This document shows, in pieces, positions 50,422-61,274 of a DNA stretch of 64,000 nucleotides. The notes beneath the pieces were generated by a model that did no database searches, was not told the origin of the DNA, and worked only from the letters and a program-made list of their open reading frames with translations. The position numbers were made by a program, and so were the translations under genes. Source of the DNA: an uncultured Patescibacteria group bacterium. Lineage in GTDB: Bacteria; Patescibacteriota; Microgenomatia; UBA10105; UBA927. The stretch is from contig CAKZSU010000006.1 of NCBI GenBank assembly GCA_937921305.1, positions 70,646 to 134,645 of the forward strand, read 5' to 3'. Each line of letters starts with the position of its first letter. The stretch's first letter is position 1.

Positions 50422-50512
50422 GAGTGCGTATACTAGCGTATTTTCTCGATATTTTCTATATTTAACTATTATATAATAAAGTGTTTTCTTTCATATTTCA
50501 CTCCATGCAACT

Positions 50513-51481
50513 ATGAACACGCAACTTCTTCAAGCAGACGATTATTCTATTCAATATGCAGCTAATCTTTTGAAACAAGGCGAGATTGTCGCGTTTCCCA
50601 CAGAAACCGTCTACGGACTCGGCGCGAATATTTTTCTTGAATCAGCAATAAAAAAAATCTTTGAGGCAAAAAATCGCCCCACAGATAACCCGCTTATTGC
50701 TCACATTGCAACAATCGATCAGATTAATCTGGTAGCTCAAGATATTCCATCAATTTTTTATAGATTGGCTCAAGCATTTTTTCCGGGTCCACTCTCTCTC
50801 ATTGTTCCGAAAAAACCAACCGTTCCGCTGATTGCTACAGCGGGACAATCAACCATAAGCATTCGAATGCCTAACCACCCTGTCGCAAAACATATCATCA
50901 ATCGTGTTGGAGCGCCGATTGTAGCTCCTTCCGCAAATCGTTCTGGACGCCCTAGTCCCACAAAAGCGGAGCATGTGCTTGACGATCTGCGCGGAATCAT
51001 TCCTCTTATCATTGACGGAGGACCATGCAAGATAGGGATAGAATCAACAATTCTTGATATCACACAAAGTCCGCCGATTATTCTTCGTCCAGGACATATC
51101 TCAAAAGAACAAGTAGAACATGTGATCGGAACAGTTCAAGAACACACCGATGAATCATCGATGACATCCCCAAAAGCACCGGGGATGAAATATCGTCATT
51201 ACGCGCCAAACATTCCCATCACAATATATTATGAAATAGATGATCTCATAAAAGAAATGCATGCCAAACGCGATAAACGAATATTTATTCTTTCTAATAT
51301 CCGATTGCCCAAAAGCGAAATTCATCTAACCGTAGCACCGCTTCACGCGTCCACAGTATTTCATTATTTTCGATTGGCGGAAAAAGAAAGATACAATAAG
51401 ATTTTCATTTTCATAGATGAAGAAACAAAAAAACATCAAGGACTCATGAATAGAATACAAAAAGCTGCAAAACGAGAATAG
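50513..51481 (+). CDS. sua5: Threonylcarbamoyl-AMP synthase, Sua5 type
   Basis: '[11 protein letters not shown]', '[10 protein letters not shown]', 'PSAN.SG', linker '[11 protein letters not shown]' plus SUA5 domain. Confidence 0.93.
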   Translation: MNTQLLQADDYSIQYAANLLKQGEIVAFPTETVYGLGANIFLESAIKKIFEAKNRPTDNPLIAHIATIDQINLVAQDIPSIFYRLAQAFFPGPLSLIVPKKPTVPLIATAGQSTISIRMPNHPVAKHIINRVGAPIVAPSANRSGRPSPTKAEHVLDDLRGIIPLIIDGGPCKIGIESTILDITQSPPIILRPGHISKEQVEHVIGTVQEHTDESSMTSPKAPGMKYRHYAPNIPITIYYEIDDLIKEMHAKRDKRIFILSNIRLPKSEIHLTVAPLHASTVFHYFRLAEKERYNKIFIFIDEETKKHQGLMNRIQKAAKRE

Positions 51482-51543
51482 TTTTAATACAGAGTATTTG
51501 TTGCTTCTTTCTGTTCTTCTTTGATATAGTATGTTCTTATAGT

Positions 51544-54091
51544 ATGGATCAAGAGTTTACAACACCAATGATGAAACAATACGAAGAGATTAAAGCAAAA
51601 TATCAGGATTGTATTGTATTTTATAGGCTCGGCGATTTTTATGAAACGTTTTTAGAAGACGCGCATATTGCTTCTCGCGTTCTTGATATCACCCTGACGA
51701 CACGAAGTAGAGGAAAAGACGGAAGAACCCCTATGGCTGGTCCCATACCACGCCGCCGATTCATATATCGCAAAACTTATCAAAGCAGGATATAGCGTCG
51801 CAATCTGCGAACAAGTGAGTGAACCAAACAACAAAGGACTCATGGAAAGAGAAGTGGTGCGTGTCGTAACTCCTGGCACAATACTTGACGAAAAAGCTCT
51901 CGACAAGAAGGAACACAACTTCATTGCAAGCATTGTATTTGATTCACATGCTCTTGCTATAGCATTCTCAGATATTTCCACTAGAGCGTGTTATGTTATC
52001 GAACAAAAAAAGGAAACATCAAAGAATTATTGCGAAATCAATTAGAACATATTCACCCCTCCGAATGTGTGATATCAGAAGATGACTATAACAATCCTGA
52101 ACTTCTAAAACTTCTGACAGAAGAATATAAAGGAAACATCGCATGTTTTAAAGAATGAAACACGATCGCTGCGTCAGCGGAATCATTTTAAAATACCATT
52201 TTCGTGCGCATTCCCTTGATGTATTTGGCATAGCGGATAACCATCGAAGCGTAAAGGCTGTAGCTGGACTCCTTGGATATCTTCAAACAACGCAAAAAGA
52301 TTCTGTGAAACATATCACAACAATACAAACAGAACTCGACAATGATCATGTGGTCATGGACAAATCAACACTTATCAATCTTGAATTATTTTCAATGATC
52401 AGAACCAACAAGAAAGAACAAACGCTTATTTATGTTCTCGATGAAACACAAACCGCGATGGGCGGACGCATGCTTCGTCAATGGATACGAAAACCATTGA
52501 GAAATATCAAGGATATACAAAAACGACAAGATAGTATTGATTTCTTCATTAATCATCCAACAATTCTTTCTGATATACGAGAAAAATTATCGCACGTAAC
52601 AGATATTGAGCGAATTCTTTCAAGAATATCTCTTCGAGCAGAAAATGCTCGAGACCTCGTGAACTTTAAACATGTGCTATCAACCGCGCTTTCAATAAAA
52701 CACGATACACAAGCAATACAAGAAATACTTATCAGCGAGATAACATCATTCATAGATGATTCACTCGATCATGTCATTGCGATGATTGATAAAACTATCG
52801 TTGATAATCCTCCAATAACAATAAAAGAAAGAGGAATAAAACGAGGCGTGCATACCACATTAGACATGCTTCGCGATCAAGTAGGAGGAGGAAAAAATGG
52901 CTTTCACAACTAGAAAAGGAGGAACAAGAAAAAACAGGCATAGGATCATTAAAAGTAAGGTATAACAAGGTGTTTGGATTTTATATAGAAGTGAGCAAAG
53001 CAAATCTCCATCTTGTACCACATCACTATATACGAAAACAAACTCTTGTGAACGGCGAACGATTTATCACGCCTGAATTAAAAAGAAAAGAAGAAATGAT
53101 CCTTTCTGCTGAAGAAAAAATACAAAGGATTGAATATGAATTATTTCAAGAAACTGTTGATCACATCATGCAACACTTAGATTGTTTAACAAATCTCGCA
53201 TATATCGCTGATGTGTACCACTATGCTAAACCAAAAATGACAGAATCTGATGAAATCATCATCAAAGAAAGAAGACACCCTGTTGTAGAACGACATATAA
53301 AAGATAAACAGTTTGTTCCAAATGATTTAACGCTTTCCTCTCAGCATCAACAACTACTCATAATCACTGGACCTAACATGACAGGTAAATCTGTATTTTT
53401 CGCCAAGTAGCCCTATTGTTCTCATGGCGCACATGGGATCATTTGTGCCAGCAACTGAGCAACGATAAGCATCGTTGATAGAATCTTCGTTGAAGCGGCG
53501 CGTCAGACGCTATCACGTCAGGACTCTCCACATTTATGGTAGAAATGACAGAGACCGCGTATATTCTTCGTCATGCAACAGAAAAAGCCTGATCATTATA
53601 GATGAAATAGGACGGGGCACAAGCACATACGATGGAATCTCCATCGCATGGGCGGTAGCAGAGTATCTTGCGACAACACATGGCAAACAAGCGAAAACAT
53701 TATTCGCGACACACTATCACGAGCTAAAAACCTTGAACATCATTACTCTGGACGAATCAAGAATTTTCATATGGAAGTTATTAAAAAAGATGGACAGCCT
53801 ATGTTCCTTCACACACTTTTACCCGGAGCCGCGTCAACGAGTTTTGGCATTGATGTGGTAAATATGGCAGGATTGCCTCACGAAGTTATTCACAAAGCAA
53901 AAATACTTCTTCAAACATATGAATCGTCCCATGCTCCACAAATTCATACGGAATCACATCATCATGTAAATTCTTTAGAACAACAAATACGATCAATAGA
54001 CATCTCGAGAACAACGCCGCTCCAAGCGCTCACTATCCTCGCGTCTCTGCAAGAACAAATTCTCTATGAAAAACATACACAAACTCCCTGA
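51544..54091 (+). pseudogene. mutS: DNA mismatch repair protein MutS, multiply frameshifted
   Basis: 'TPMMKQY..GDFYE', '[11 protein letters not shown]', 'TAMGGRML', 'RKQTLVNGERF', 'TGPNMTGKS', 'DEIGRGTST', 'FATHYHEL' spread over at least seven ORF fragments. Confidence 0.88.
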
Positions 54092-55755
54092 TCATCTCAT
54101 TCGTCAAATCGCTGCGGGAGAGATTATCGAACGACCTGCATATATCGTCAAAGAATTACCTGATAACGCGATTGACGCTCATGCGTCGCAGATAACTATT
54201 CATCTTGATCATGGTGGTTTGCAAAAAATCACTGTGATTGATAACGGCGATGGCATGAGCCAAAAAGATATCAAAGAATCATACAAACTTCATACAACAA
54301 GCAAAATTCATAATAGAGAACATTTTCTAGGAATTAAAACGCTCGGTTTTCGGGGAGAAGCGCTCGCAAGCATTGTGGCAATCGCAAATCTCAAAATAGA
54401 AAGCAGAACAGCGACCGATCACCGAGGAACACAAGTAGAAATCATCGATGGTAATCGATATATCAAGCCAATCGGCATGCCAAAAAGAACACGAGTCACC
54501 GTTGATTCAATTTTTCAAAAAGAACCAGTCCGAAAACATCTGTTTCATACTCCTCACAAAGAATTGCGATATATCATGGATATTCTCATAAGATACGCGA
54601 TCTTCTACCCTGATATCGCATTTGAATTATTCCATAACAATCATCGAATACTGTCCGTTAGAAAACAAACAAATGAAGAACGCATCAAATCTCTTCTTGG
54701 AGAACATGTCTTTTCTTATCTTCTCCCTATCGCTATAACTGATAGCATAGTTTCCTTTCATGGATATATTGACAAACCTCAAGCAGCGACGATCAAAGCA
54801 CAAGAATATCTCGCTATCAATGGAAGACCTGTGTCAATAAAACTCTTTCATAAAGCAATCCATGAAGCATTTGATACACTCATTGAATCAACGAATCGAC
54901 CCATGTATATACTCTCATTCTCTATTCCGCATGAGTATGTAGATATCAATGTTCATCCACGAAAAGAATATGTAACTTGTATGTATCAGGAAGCACTTTA
55001 TTCAAAAATAATAGATTCAATAAAAGAAACATTCTATCGTCACAATATTCAACTTACCTTTCCATTAATTCAAGAGTCGTCGCCAAGCTATGAAAAACCA
55101 TTGTTGCAAACAACACTTGCTCATGAATTAAAACACGCTGTTAATAAAAACGACGTACATTCTAAATCCTAGCAACGCGCCAATTACCTCTATCCACAAC
55201 CTGTATCTTATCACGCAATCATCAGACGGACTGATTATTCTTAATCAACACGAGGCGCATGAACGAATTCTTTATGAGGAATATCTGAAAGAATTTACAA
55301 AGGAACAAAAGAAGCATCGCATTGCACATCTTAAACAGCACCTTGCCTTTGCTCTTTCCCCTGCGGAGTCAATGATATTTGATAACTATCTCCATGATTT
55401 ATCACGTATCGGTTTTTCAATAACGCGCATATCTCAAATAACCTACCAAATTCTTAAAATTCCAAAAATTTTTGAACAACGGGATATTCTTACTCTAATA
55501 AAAGAAATTCTTGAAGAACTTGATAAAGAAGTATTTATTCCGTCAATAGACTCCCAAAGCAAACGACTTCTTGCTTACCTCGCATGCAAATCATCGGTAA
55601 AATCCGGAGGTCCGCTGACAGAAGAACAAATGAAAATGATCATGAAGAAGATCAAAAATATTCCGAGGGGAGTTACCTGTCCTAATGGAAGACCAGTGTA
55701 TATCGAGATGTCATTACGCGAACTTGATAAACTCTTCAAGAGAACACATCACTGA
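54066..55755 (+). pseudogene. mutL: DNA mismatch repair protein MutL, split and with degraded motifs
   Basis: 'IAAGEIIERP', 'TLGFRGEALAS', 'DINVHPRK'; break near 55172; endonuclease motif reads NQHEAHERI (consensus DQHAAHERI) and CPNGRP (consensus CPHGRP). Confidence 0.85.
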
Positions 55756-56654
55756 GAGAGAAGATTAAAGAGATCTCGCAGGATATATGAAGAAATTTTC
55801 ATGCTATCGGAGCTGTCAGACTTCTTTATCCAATAATCTGGATTTTTTTGTATATACAACAATTCAACAAGAACATTTCCATCTTTATTTTTTATGATCA
55901 TCGTATTTTTTGTCGCGGACATAAATTCTTTGTGCTCTTGATCGGTCAAAAAATCTTTCCCTTCTAAAAATGAAAGTTGAGATAATATTGAAGACATTTT
56001 TTCTTGTTCGATTGATTTCGTTCTACCTTTATAGGTCAACTCCCACTGTGTCTCTTTTCTCTGCAATACAAACTGGGAAGCTCCTTGAACCTCAATGCTA
56101 TGAATATCACCAGAAGAAAACGTGGCGAGCCGTTTATTTCTCCAGTCATTGACTGTTGTTTTGATCGTATCTCGCAATGATCCTTTCACTAAGAATACAT
56201 TCTTACTGTCAGGAACTTTTGCGTAGAACGATCCGATTTCCGGACCGTCATTGCCAATAATGAATGTTTGTTCTTCTCCGTTTGCACTTCGAAGATTCAA
56301 AAATATTCCTGAAGAAGATGAAATGCCATACTCTTCACTATTCGTTTCATTTCTTGAAACAATAGATACTGGCTTACTCTCTTGAATTGCTTGAAGAAAC
56401 GCATCAACAATCGGCTGATAAGCAGAATAGCTTGCGACATTCCAATTGTTTTCTTCTTTCACAAGAGAAAATTCTTGTTGTTTCTTTATCATGATTTTTT
56501 GAACTGTATCTTTTGTGAAGATATGAAACGGAAGTTCTTTGGAAAACTCAAGATTCTCATTTCTTCCCATTCGCTTCTGAATGAATGGAAAGAATGCAAT
56601 TCCAGTAACAATCAAAAATATAATAAAGAGAATGCTAATCGTCTTATTGCTCAT
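55749..56654 (-). CDS. DUF4340-like membrane-anchored protein of the Gld-type ABC system
   Basis: N-terminal TM, 'EEYGI', 'FIIGN', 'YAKV', 'DWRNKRL'; last gene of the ABC operon. Confidence 0.7.
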   Translation of the reverse strand: MSNKTISILFIIFLIVTGIAFFPFIQKRMGRNENLEFSKELPFHIFTKDTVQKIMIKKQQEFSLVKEENNWNVASYSAYQPIVDAFLQAIQESKPVSIVSRNETNSEEYGISSSSGIFLNLRSANGEEQTFIIGNDGPEIGSFYAKVPDSKNVFLVKGSLRDTIKTTVNDWRNKRLATFSSGDIHSIEVQGASQFVLQRKETQWELTYKGRTKSIEQEKMSSILSQLSFLEGKDFLTDQEHKEFMSATKNTMIIKNKDGNVLVELLYIQKNPDYWIKKSDSSDSMKISSYILRDLFNLLSQ

Positions 56655-58885
56655 ACGAGATATGATTGCTTTCGCAATGCTCTTCTCTTGAGTGAATACA
56701 CTGTGATGAACGCCGATGGCGCGATAACAGCTACTGCAAGGTTCCCATATTTAATCAGCATAGGCTCTGTGTCGCTTCTAAACAATAACCTCGGCGGATC
56801 TCCTCTCTTCACGCGAATGTCCGCAAGCGTATCTTGCTCCGACAAGTATGATAACGCTGAAAGAGCAAACGCGATATTTTGCGGAGCGTTCTGCGCGAAT
56901 TGATCCGTAATAAAGTCAGAATCTCCAACGACAATCATTTTCCCCGCAAACTTCGACGATGATTGACGCGGACCTGAAATCGCGACAGCTAATATGTGTT
57001 CTTTGAGATTTTCATCAGAAAAAGACGCTTGATTTGGATTCAATACGATATTCTCCGTTTGAACTCCAGCGAATCGCGTTGTCAAAAGCAGTGGCTGAGC
57101 AGTCAACCCTTGCTCCGTCATTTTTTCTTGTTGAATTGTTATGCTCGCTGACCATGGAAAAGAAACGCCATCAAGTCGATTGACCATCGATGTTTTCGCG
57201 GGGATAGCTCTAACCCAAAATGGATATGGCAGGAGTAAATTAATAAATCCTTGTCCTATTCGAACTGTTTCATTCGAACGAAGATCGTACACAATATTTG
57301 ATTCTATGGATAAGCCATATTGATCAAAAAAATTCGCAAAACTTTGTGTATTTTTTGTCGCCGACAACATTTGCGGATTAATGGAAAATGAGTCTATGAA
57401 GAACAACCCGGCTCCGCCATTTCTCAAAAATTCCGCTATAGCATCTCGACCTTTCTGATCAATATCCCTTGATGGACCGGCGACAACGAGAACCGACGTG
57501 TCTGAGGCGACTTTTGGAGTATTCTCGTCAAATGAAAATGTCTCGACAATAAATTGCTTTTGCAGTTCTTCATAAAACGCGCCATAATCAATTGACGGAT
57601 TTTTTTCTCCATGACCGGAAAGAAACGCGATTTTTTTCTTGTTTTTATTTGTTAATTTGGCGATCAGACTTGTTAATTGATATTCTAAGTCTCCGCTATC
57701 TTGAACAAATGGAATCGCTTCATGCTTGCCTCCATAAGAAACAACAATCCCAACAAATCCTGTCCTTACTTGAAATTCCTCCTGTCCAATAACATTAAAC
57801 TGAATTTCCCTTAAACCGCGCGATGTAGCCTCTGAAGAAATTTGAGAATTATTTGAGGGATCTTTTTGAAGAAGTGCGACATTGCCTTTTCCATATTGTT
57901 GATAATCTCGAAGCATATCTCGGATATCTCGAACCACTGGAGTTAATTGCGCTGGAAGTTTGCTTGACGCGTAAAATGTAATAGTAACAATATCTGAAAG
58001 ATTGCTCAAAACATTTTTCGTAGAAGACGACAAACTGTATCGCTTGTCTGAAGTCAAATCAATTCTTCCCGGAATTCTCGCCCCAAGAACATTGCTTACA
58101 ATAGCAGTGGCAATAAACAAAGCGATACCGATTTGATATTTCATATAACAGTCTTTTCGATTTCCAAACTTTTGTCGAATAAGAAAAAGATACGTAAGAG
58201 AAAGAAAAATGATAATAAATGAAAGAAAATACCACACGTCTCGAATATCGATAACGCCTCTTGACATAGAAGAAACATGCGATGAAACAGCAAGCCTTTC
58301 AACAATGGGAACGATTGGCAAAGGGAGATTTGCCGTAATAAATTCCGATCCGGCAATTAAAAGAAAAAACGAAACTGCCGATGTCAACAAAAGAGACGCA
58401 ATCCCGTTTGTAAGCAAACTTGAAAAAAACACCCCTAATGAAACAAACGACGCGGCAAGAAACGACGCAGCAAGAAATTGAGCAATATACGCTCCCCAAT
58501 CAAACGCGCCAAATCTGCTAAACGAAAACGCCACAGGCATAGAAAACACTAATGAAAAAACAATCAAAAGCCATGAACTGAAAAACTTTGCAAGAATAAC
58601 CTCAATTGGTTTAACCGGATGTGTCAACAATAATTCAATTGTTCCTTCGCTCTTTTCTTGAGAGAATACGCTCATCGTGATAGCGGGAACAAAAATAATA
58701 AATAACCATGGAAGATATTCAAACAACATGCGAACAGATGCTTCTCCGACAAGAAACGCATTCCTGAAGAATAAAAATTGCCACACAAAAACAAACACAA
58801 TAAAACCAAGCGAGACAGCTGGCGTCTGAATATTGCCCATGAATTCTTTTTTTGTTAACAAAAGAAGCGTTTTAATTCGAAGCAT
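56651..58885 (-). CDS. GldF-like ABC-2 permease fused to a GldG/ABC auxiliary domain
   Basis: 'EKSEGTIELLLTHPV', 'RGVIDIRD..YF', 'RIDLTSDKRYSLS', 'EYQLTS', 'FLSGHGE', 'VVGDSDF'. Confidence 0.85.
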   Translation of the reverse strand: MLRIKTLLLLTKKEFMGNIQTPAVSLGFIVFVFVWQFLFFRNAFLVGEASVRMLFEYLPWLFIIFVPAITMSVFSQEKSEGTIELLLTHPVKPIEVILAKFFSSWLLIVFSLVFSMPVAFSFSRFGAFDWGAYIAQFLAASFLAASFVSLGVFFSSLLTNGIASLLLTSAVSFFLLIAGSEFITANLPLPIVPIVERLAVSSHVSSMSRGVIDIRDVWYFLSFIIIFLSLTYLFLIRQKFGNRKDCYMKYQIGIALFIATAIVSNVLGARIPGRIDLTSDKRYSLSSSTKNVLSNLSDIVTITFYASSKLPAQLTPVVRDIRDMLRDYQQYGKGNVALLQKDPSNNSQISSEATSRGLREIQFNVIGQEEFQVRTGFVGIVVSYGGKHEAIPFVQDSGDLEYQLTSLIAKLTNKNKKKIAFLSGHGEKNPSIDYGAFYEELQKQFIVETFSFDENTPKVASDTSVLVVAGPSRDIDQKGRDAIAEFLRNGGAGLFFIDSFSINPQMLSATKNTQSFANFFDQYGLSIESNIVYDLRSNETVRIGQGFINLLLPYPFWVRAIPAKTSMVNRLDGVSFPWSASITIQQEKMTEQGLTAQPLLLTTRFAGVQTENIVLNPNQASFSDENLKEHILAVAISGPRQSSSKFAGKMIVVGDSDFITDQFAQNAPQNIAFALSALSYLSEQDTLADIRVKRGDPPRLLFRSDTEPMLIKYGNLAVAVIAPSAFITVYSLKRRALRKQSYLV

Positions 58886-59774
58886 GCTCGTCCTCCGTGA
58901 GTGCGTGGAAAATATCTTCTAACTGCTTTTCTTCTTCCGCTATTTTCCATAAAATCCATCCGTGTTTTGCCGAATGTTTTGACAATTCTGGCTGAACTTT
59001 CGCATTTTTCTTTATCGTCAAAACAGCTCGAATAATCCCATCTCTCCCCTTTTTCGTCGACACATCTTCGACTCCTTCTATCGAAGATAATGTTTCTTGC
59101 ACGTTCTTCCCTTCTATCTCAACAATCAATTGTCTCTTCCCTCCTAACTGTTTCATAAGATCGCTTGGCGTCCCATCGGCAACAATCTTGCCTTTATTAA
59201 TGATAATCATGCGATTACACACCGCCTGAACTTCTTGCATAACATGCGTGCTCATAATAATGGTATGATGTGAAGAAAGATGTTTGATGAGAGAACGAAT
59301 TTCCGTTCGTTGATTTGGATCAAGCCCTTCAGACGGTTCATCCATAATAAGAATTTTCGGCTTGTGGAGCAACGCTTGCGCTATGCCAACACGCTGACGA
59401 TATCCTTTCGATAATTCTTTTATTGGCATGTAATAAACATCTTCAATAGAAACGCTTGATACGGCAAAATCGACTGCCTCTTTTCGTTTTTGTCCAAATA
59501 ATCCTTTCAAATCCGCTGAAAACGCAAGCTGTTCGGCGACTAACATGTCTTTATAGAGAGGATTATTCTCAGGAAGATACCCTATATCGCCGGCAATCTC
59601 TATCGCTCCAGCATCTGGCGTATAAAATCCCGTCATCATCCGCATCGTTGTTGTCTTTCCAGCTCCATTTGGACCAAGAAACCCGACGATTTCTCCGCTC
59701 TTTACGGTAAATGAAACATCATCTACTGCTTTGAACGATCCAAATGATTTGCTTACATGCGATAATCTGATCAT
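58872..59774 (-). CDS. ABC transporter ATP-binding protein (GldA-like)
   Basis: 'GPNGAGKTT', 'IGYLPENNPLY', 'LSKGYRQRVGIAQAL', 'DEPSEGLDPNQ'. Confidence 0.9.
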   Translation of the reverse strand: MIRLSHVSKSFGSFKAVDDVSFTVKSGEIVGFLGPNGAGKTTTMRMMTGFYTPDAGAIEIAGDIGYLPENNPLYKDMLVAEQLAFSADLKGLFGQKRKEAVDFAVSSVSIEDVYYMPIKELSKGYRQRVGIAQALLHKPKILIMDEPSEGLDPNQRTEIRSLIKHLSSHHTIIMSTHVMQEVQAVCNRMIIINKGKIVADGTPSDLMKQLGGKRQLIVEIEGKNVQETLSSIEGVEDVSTKKGRDGIIRAVLTIKKNAKVQPELSKHSAKHGWILWKIAEEEKQLEDIFHALTEDEHASN

Positions 59775-59829
59775 ATTGGTTTATATACCAAGTCTTCTTA
59801 TATTTTTCAATAAAGCATGAAAAACTCTT

Positions 59830-60285
59830 TTATTCAATTGACTGAATGATAAAACGTTTTGTTCCGCTTGGGGTCTGCACTTCGACAGTTTCTCCTCGCA
59901 TTTTCCCCATGAGCGCTTTTCCTATAGGAGAAACATACGAAATAATATGTTTTTTGGGATCAGACTCATGACTCCCAGCTATTGTGTAAGTCGCCTCCAT
60001 TTGTCCCTCTCGGATCGTCACAACACTTCCAATCACCACTCGAGATGTCTGTTCTTTTTCGACAACACACGCCCGTTGCATAAGATCATCCAATCGCCTC
60101 AATTGCGCGTCTATAAATGACAATCTTACCCGAGCAGCCTTGTAATAGCCGTTTTCCGATAAATCCCCCATTTCTCTCGCTTTTCGTAGATGCTCAACAG
60201 CATCAGGTCGCTCATTAAGCAATTTTTGCTTTTTCTCTAGTAACTCTTGATATCCTTTTGGTGTAAAAATAATATCCTGTTTCAT
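59830..60285 (-). CDS. Second GreA/GreB-family elongation factor
   Basis: 'AREMGDLSENGYY', 'ISYVSPIGKALMGK', 'TPSG'. Confidence 0.88.
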   Translation of the reverse strand: MKQDIIFTPKGYQELLEKKQKLLNERPDAVEHLRKAREMGDLSENGYYKAARVRLSFIDAQLRRLDDLMQRACVVEKEQTSRVVIGSVVTIREGQMEATYTIAGSHESDPKKHIISYVSPIGKALMGKMRGETVEVQTPSGTKRFIIQSIE

Positions 60286-60338
60286 GCGCTCCTATTTTTT
60301 ATCTATACTAAAATATATCTATTTTTTATCCGATATTC

Positions 60339-61274
60339 ATGAACAAAATCAGTCGATTATTGATTAGTGTTGTCACCTTTCTTTTTATTATAGCAATCGC
60401 AAATAGCATCGCGACCATTCTCGCAAACTCGAAGCAAGAGTATATCGTTTCACCAATCGCAGAAGCAACGCATGTTTCACCAACACCACAACCGACGCCT
60501 ACACCAAAACCAAGCATGCTTCCATCTCTTGTTGACGATGCATTTGAAAACCTTCAAGGAAGATTCGCCATTGTTATCAAACATCTTCAAACAAATGAAT
60601 CATATGCCCATAATGAACACGAAATATTTGAACCAGCCAGCTTATATAAGCTGTGGGTTATGGGAGCAACGATGCAACAGGTACAGAACGGGGTTATTCA
60701 GAATAATACATTCATAACAGATACCGTGGAAAACTTGAATCAAACTTTCCAAATAAGCAGCGAATCAGCGGAAAGAACAGATGGTATTGTTTCTTATATC
60801 GTGAAAGACGCGATTGTTGAAATGATCACTCTATCAGACAACTACTCTGCGCTGCTTCTTTCGAAAACCATTCGACATAAAACGATAGAATCATTTTTAA
60901 AAACAAACCAACTGCATGAATCACAATTAGGACAACCGCCAAAAACAACAGCGAACGATATTGCGATCTTTTTTGAAAAACTCTATCGCGGAGCATTAAT
61001 TAATAAAGATTTCTCGAAAGAAATGCTTGATATACTCAAAAAACAAAAAATCCAACGGAAAATTCCCAAATATCTTCCAAAAGGGATTGTCACAGCTCAT
61101 AAAACAGGGGAACTTGGGACATTTAGTCATGACACTGGAATCATCTTTCATAAAACAGGGGATTATATTCTTGTGATTCTTACCGATACGCCAAATCCGC
61201 AAGAAACAGAAGAAACAATAGCCAAATTTTCTCTTACCCTTTTTCAGTATTTTACGAATTCCGAAGATCAATGA
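60339..61274 (+). CDS. Class A beta-lactamase-like serine hydrolase (PBP-like), membrane anchored
   Basis: 'ASLYK', 'SDN', 'HKTG', 'HDTG'; Pro/Thr linker after the TM; shortened omega loop. Confidence 0.8.
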   Translation: MNKISRLLISVVTFLFIIAIANSIATILANSKQEYIVSPIAEATHVSPTPQPTPTPKPSMLPSLVDDAFENLQGRFAIVIKHLQTNESYAHNEHEIFEPASLYKLWVMGATMQQVQNGVIQNNTFITDTVENLNQTFQISSESAERTDGIVSYIVKDAIVEMITLSDNYSALLLSKTIRHKTIESFLKTNQLHESQLGQPPKTTANDIAIFFEKLYRGALINKDFSKEMLDILKKQKIQRKIPKYLPKGIVTAHKTGELGTFSHDTGIIFHKTGDYILVILTDTPNPQETEETIAKFSLTLFQYFTNSEDQ

